DNA of 5,986 nucleotides from a virus (Duplodnaviria; Heunggongvirae; Uroviricota; Caudoviricetes): IMG/VR virus record IMGVR_UViG_2778261446_000004; one strand, 5' to 3'. Shown piece by piece: positions 5,685 to 5,986 of this stretch (position 1 is its first letter; each line of letters starts with the position of its first letter). The notes under the pieces were generated by a model. It saw only the letters and a program-made list of their open reading frames with translations, ran no database searches and was not told where the DNA came from. The position numbers and the translations under genes were made by a program.

Positions 5685-5695
5685 AAGGTCACTTT

Positions 5696-5718
5696 GGCCG
5701 CCCGATCTCTGGGCGGCC
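5696..5718. terminator. GC-rich hairpin between convergent genes; possible bidirectional terminator or REP-like element
   Basis: Perfect 8-bp stem (GGCCGCCC 5696..5703 pairs with GGGCGGCC 5711..5718) with a 7-nt loop. Only TT follows on the plus strand and there is no U-tract on the minus strand, so terminator function is uncertain. Confidence 0.4.
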
Positions 5719-5737
5719 TTAACATACTCTTACTTCG

Positions 5738-5986
5738 TTACTCTGACGGTGTCGCAGGCCAGGTAATATCCGGCGCGGTAGAGGTATCCACAGCTTCCAG
5801 CGCATCCAGATAATCGAGCCACAAATTATATTGCGCCAGTTCGTCACCCTTCAGGCGACCAATAGCTGCTTTACCAGGCCATTGCCTACTGTTCATGTAT
5901 TCGTTGGCATGGTTAATCAATAATTGCCTCTCTGATTCGGCCTGTTCAATAAGTTCCTCATGTGATGGTGGAGGTATTTCAGCCCA
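5738..5986 (-). CDS. Phage tail fibre assembly protein (Tfa family), C-terminal part; gene continues beyond the window end
   Basis: The minus-strand frame is open from the window edge to the stop at 5738..5740. Its C-terminus (...LEAVDTSTAPDITWPATPSE) matches the conserved C-terminus of E. coli TfaE/TfaR-type proteins as I recall them (...VDTSTAPDIEWPAVP...). The ORF-track start at 5920 is a TTG inside this open frame, not the true start. Confidence 0.65.
   Translation of the reverse strand, partial: WAEIPPPSHEELIEQAESERQLLINHANEYMNSRQWPGKAAIGRLKGDELAQYNLWLDYLDALEAVDTSTAPDITWPATPSE

Noticed and set aside
1-5986. CRISPR arrays, rRNA genes, or long tandem repeats
   Set aside because: No regularly spaced direct repeats or rRNA-like sequence seen on either strand. 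The only repeats are the short motifs described in the findings.

Overview
The window is a mosaic mobile-DNA junction, most likely from an enterobacterial (E. coli/Shigella-like) genome. All family calls are from reading motifs in the supplied translations; no database search or computation was run. Left to right: (1) the left ~381 bp of an IS1 element (insA, start of insB', A6C frameshift site, terminal inverted repeat), minus orientation. (2) A small module with a 58-aa acidic ORF (minus strand) and a 208-aa serine recombinase (plus strand), diverging from an intergenic region that holds three copies of a 12-bp motif, including a perfect 16-bp inverted repeat bracketing the recombinase promoter. 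(3) A 23-nt fragment matching the 3' end of tRNA-Arg (argW type) with no intact tRNA, then an IntS-like P4-family tyrosine integrase. (4) Cargo: a truncated UmuD'-like ORF and a DinI-like gene diverging around a LexA box, followed by an AT-rich 631-aa AT3-SGNH acyltransferase (OafA/OatA type, probable O-antigen O-acetyltransferase). (5) The C-terminal part of a phage tail fibre assembly gene on the minus strand, running off the right edge. The most interesting items are the compact SOS-wired UmuD'-like/DinI-like pair, the acetyltransferase in the lysogenic-conversion slot between integrase and tail-fibre genes, and the candidate res-like site of the serine recombinase. No CRISPR array, rRNA or intact tRNA was seen.
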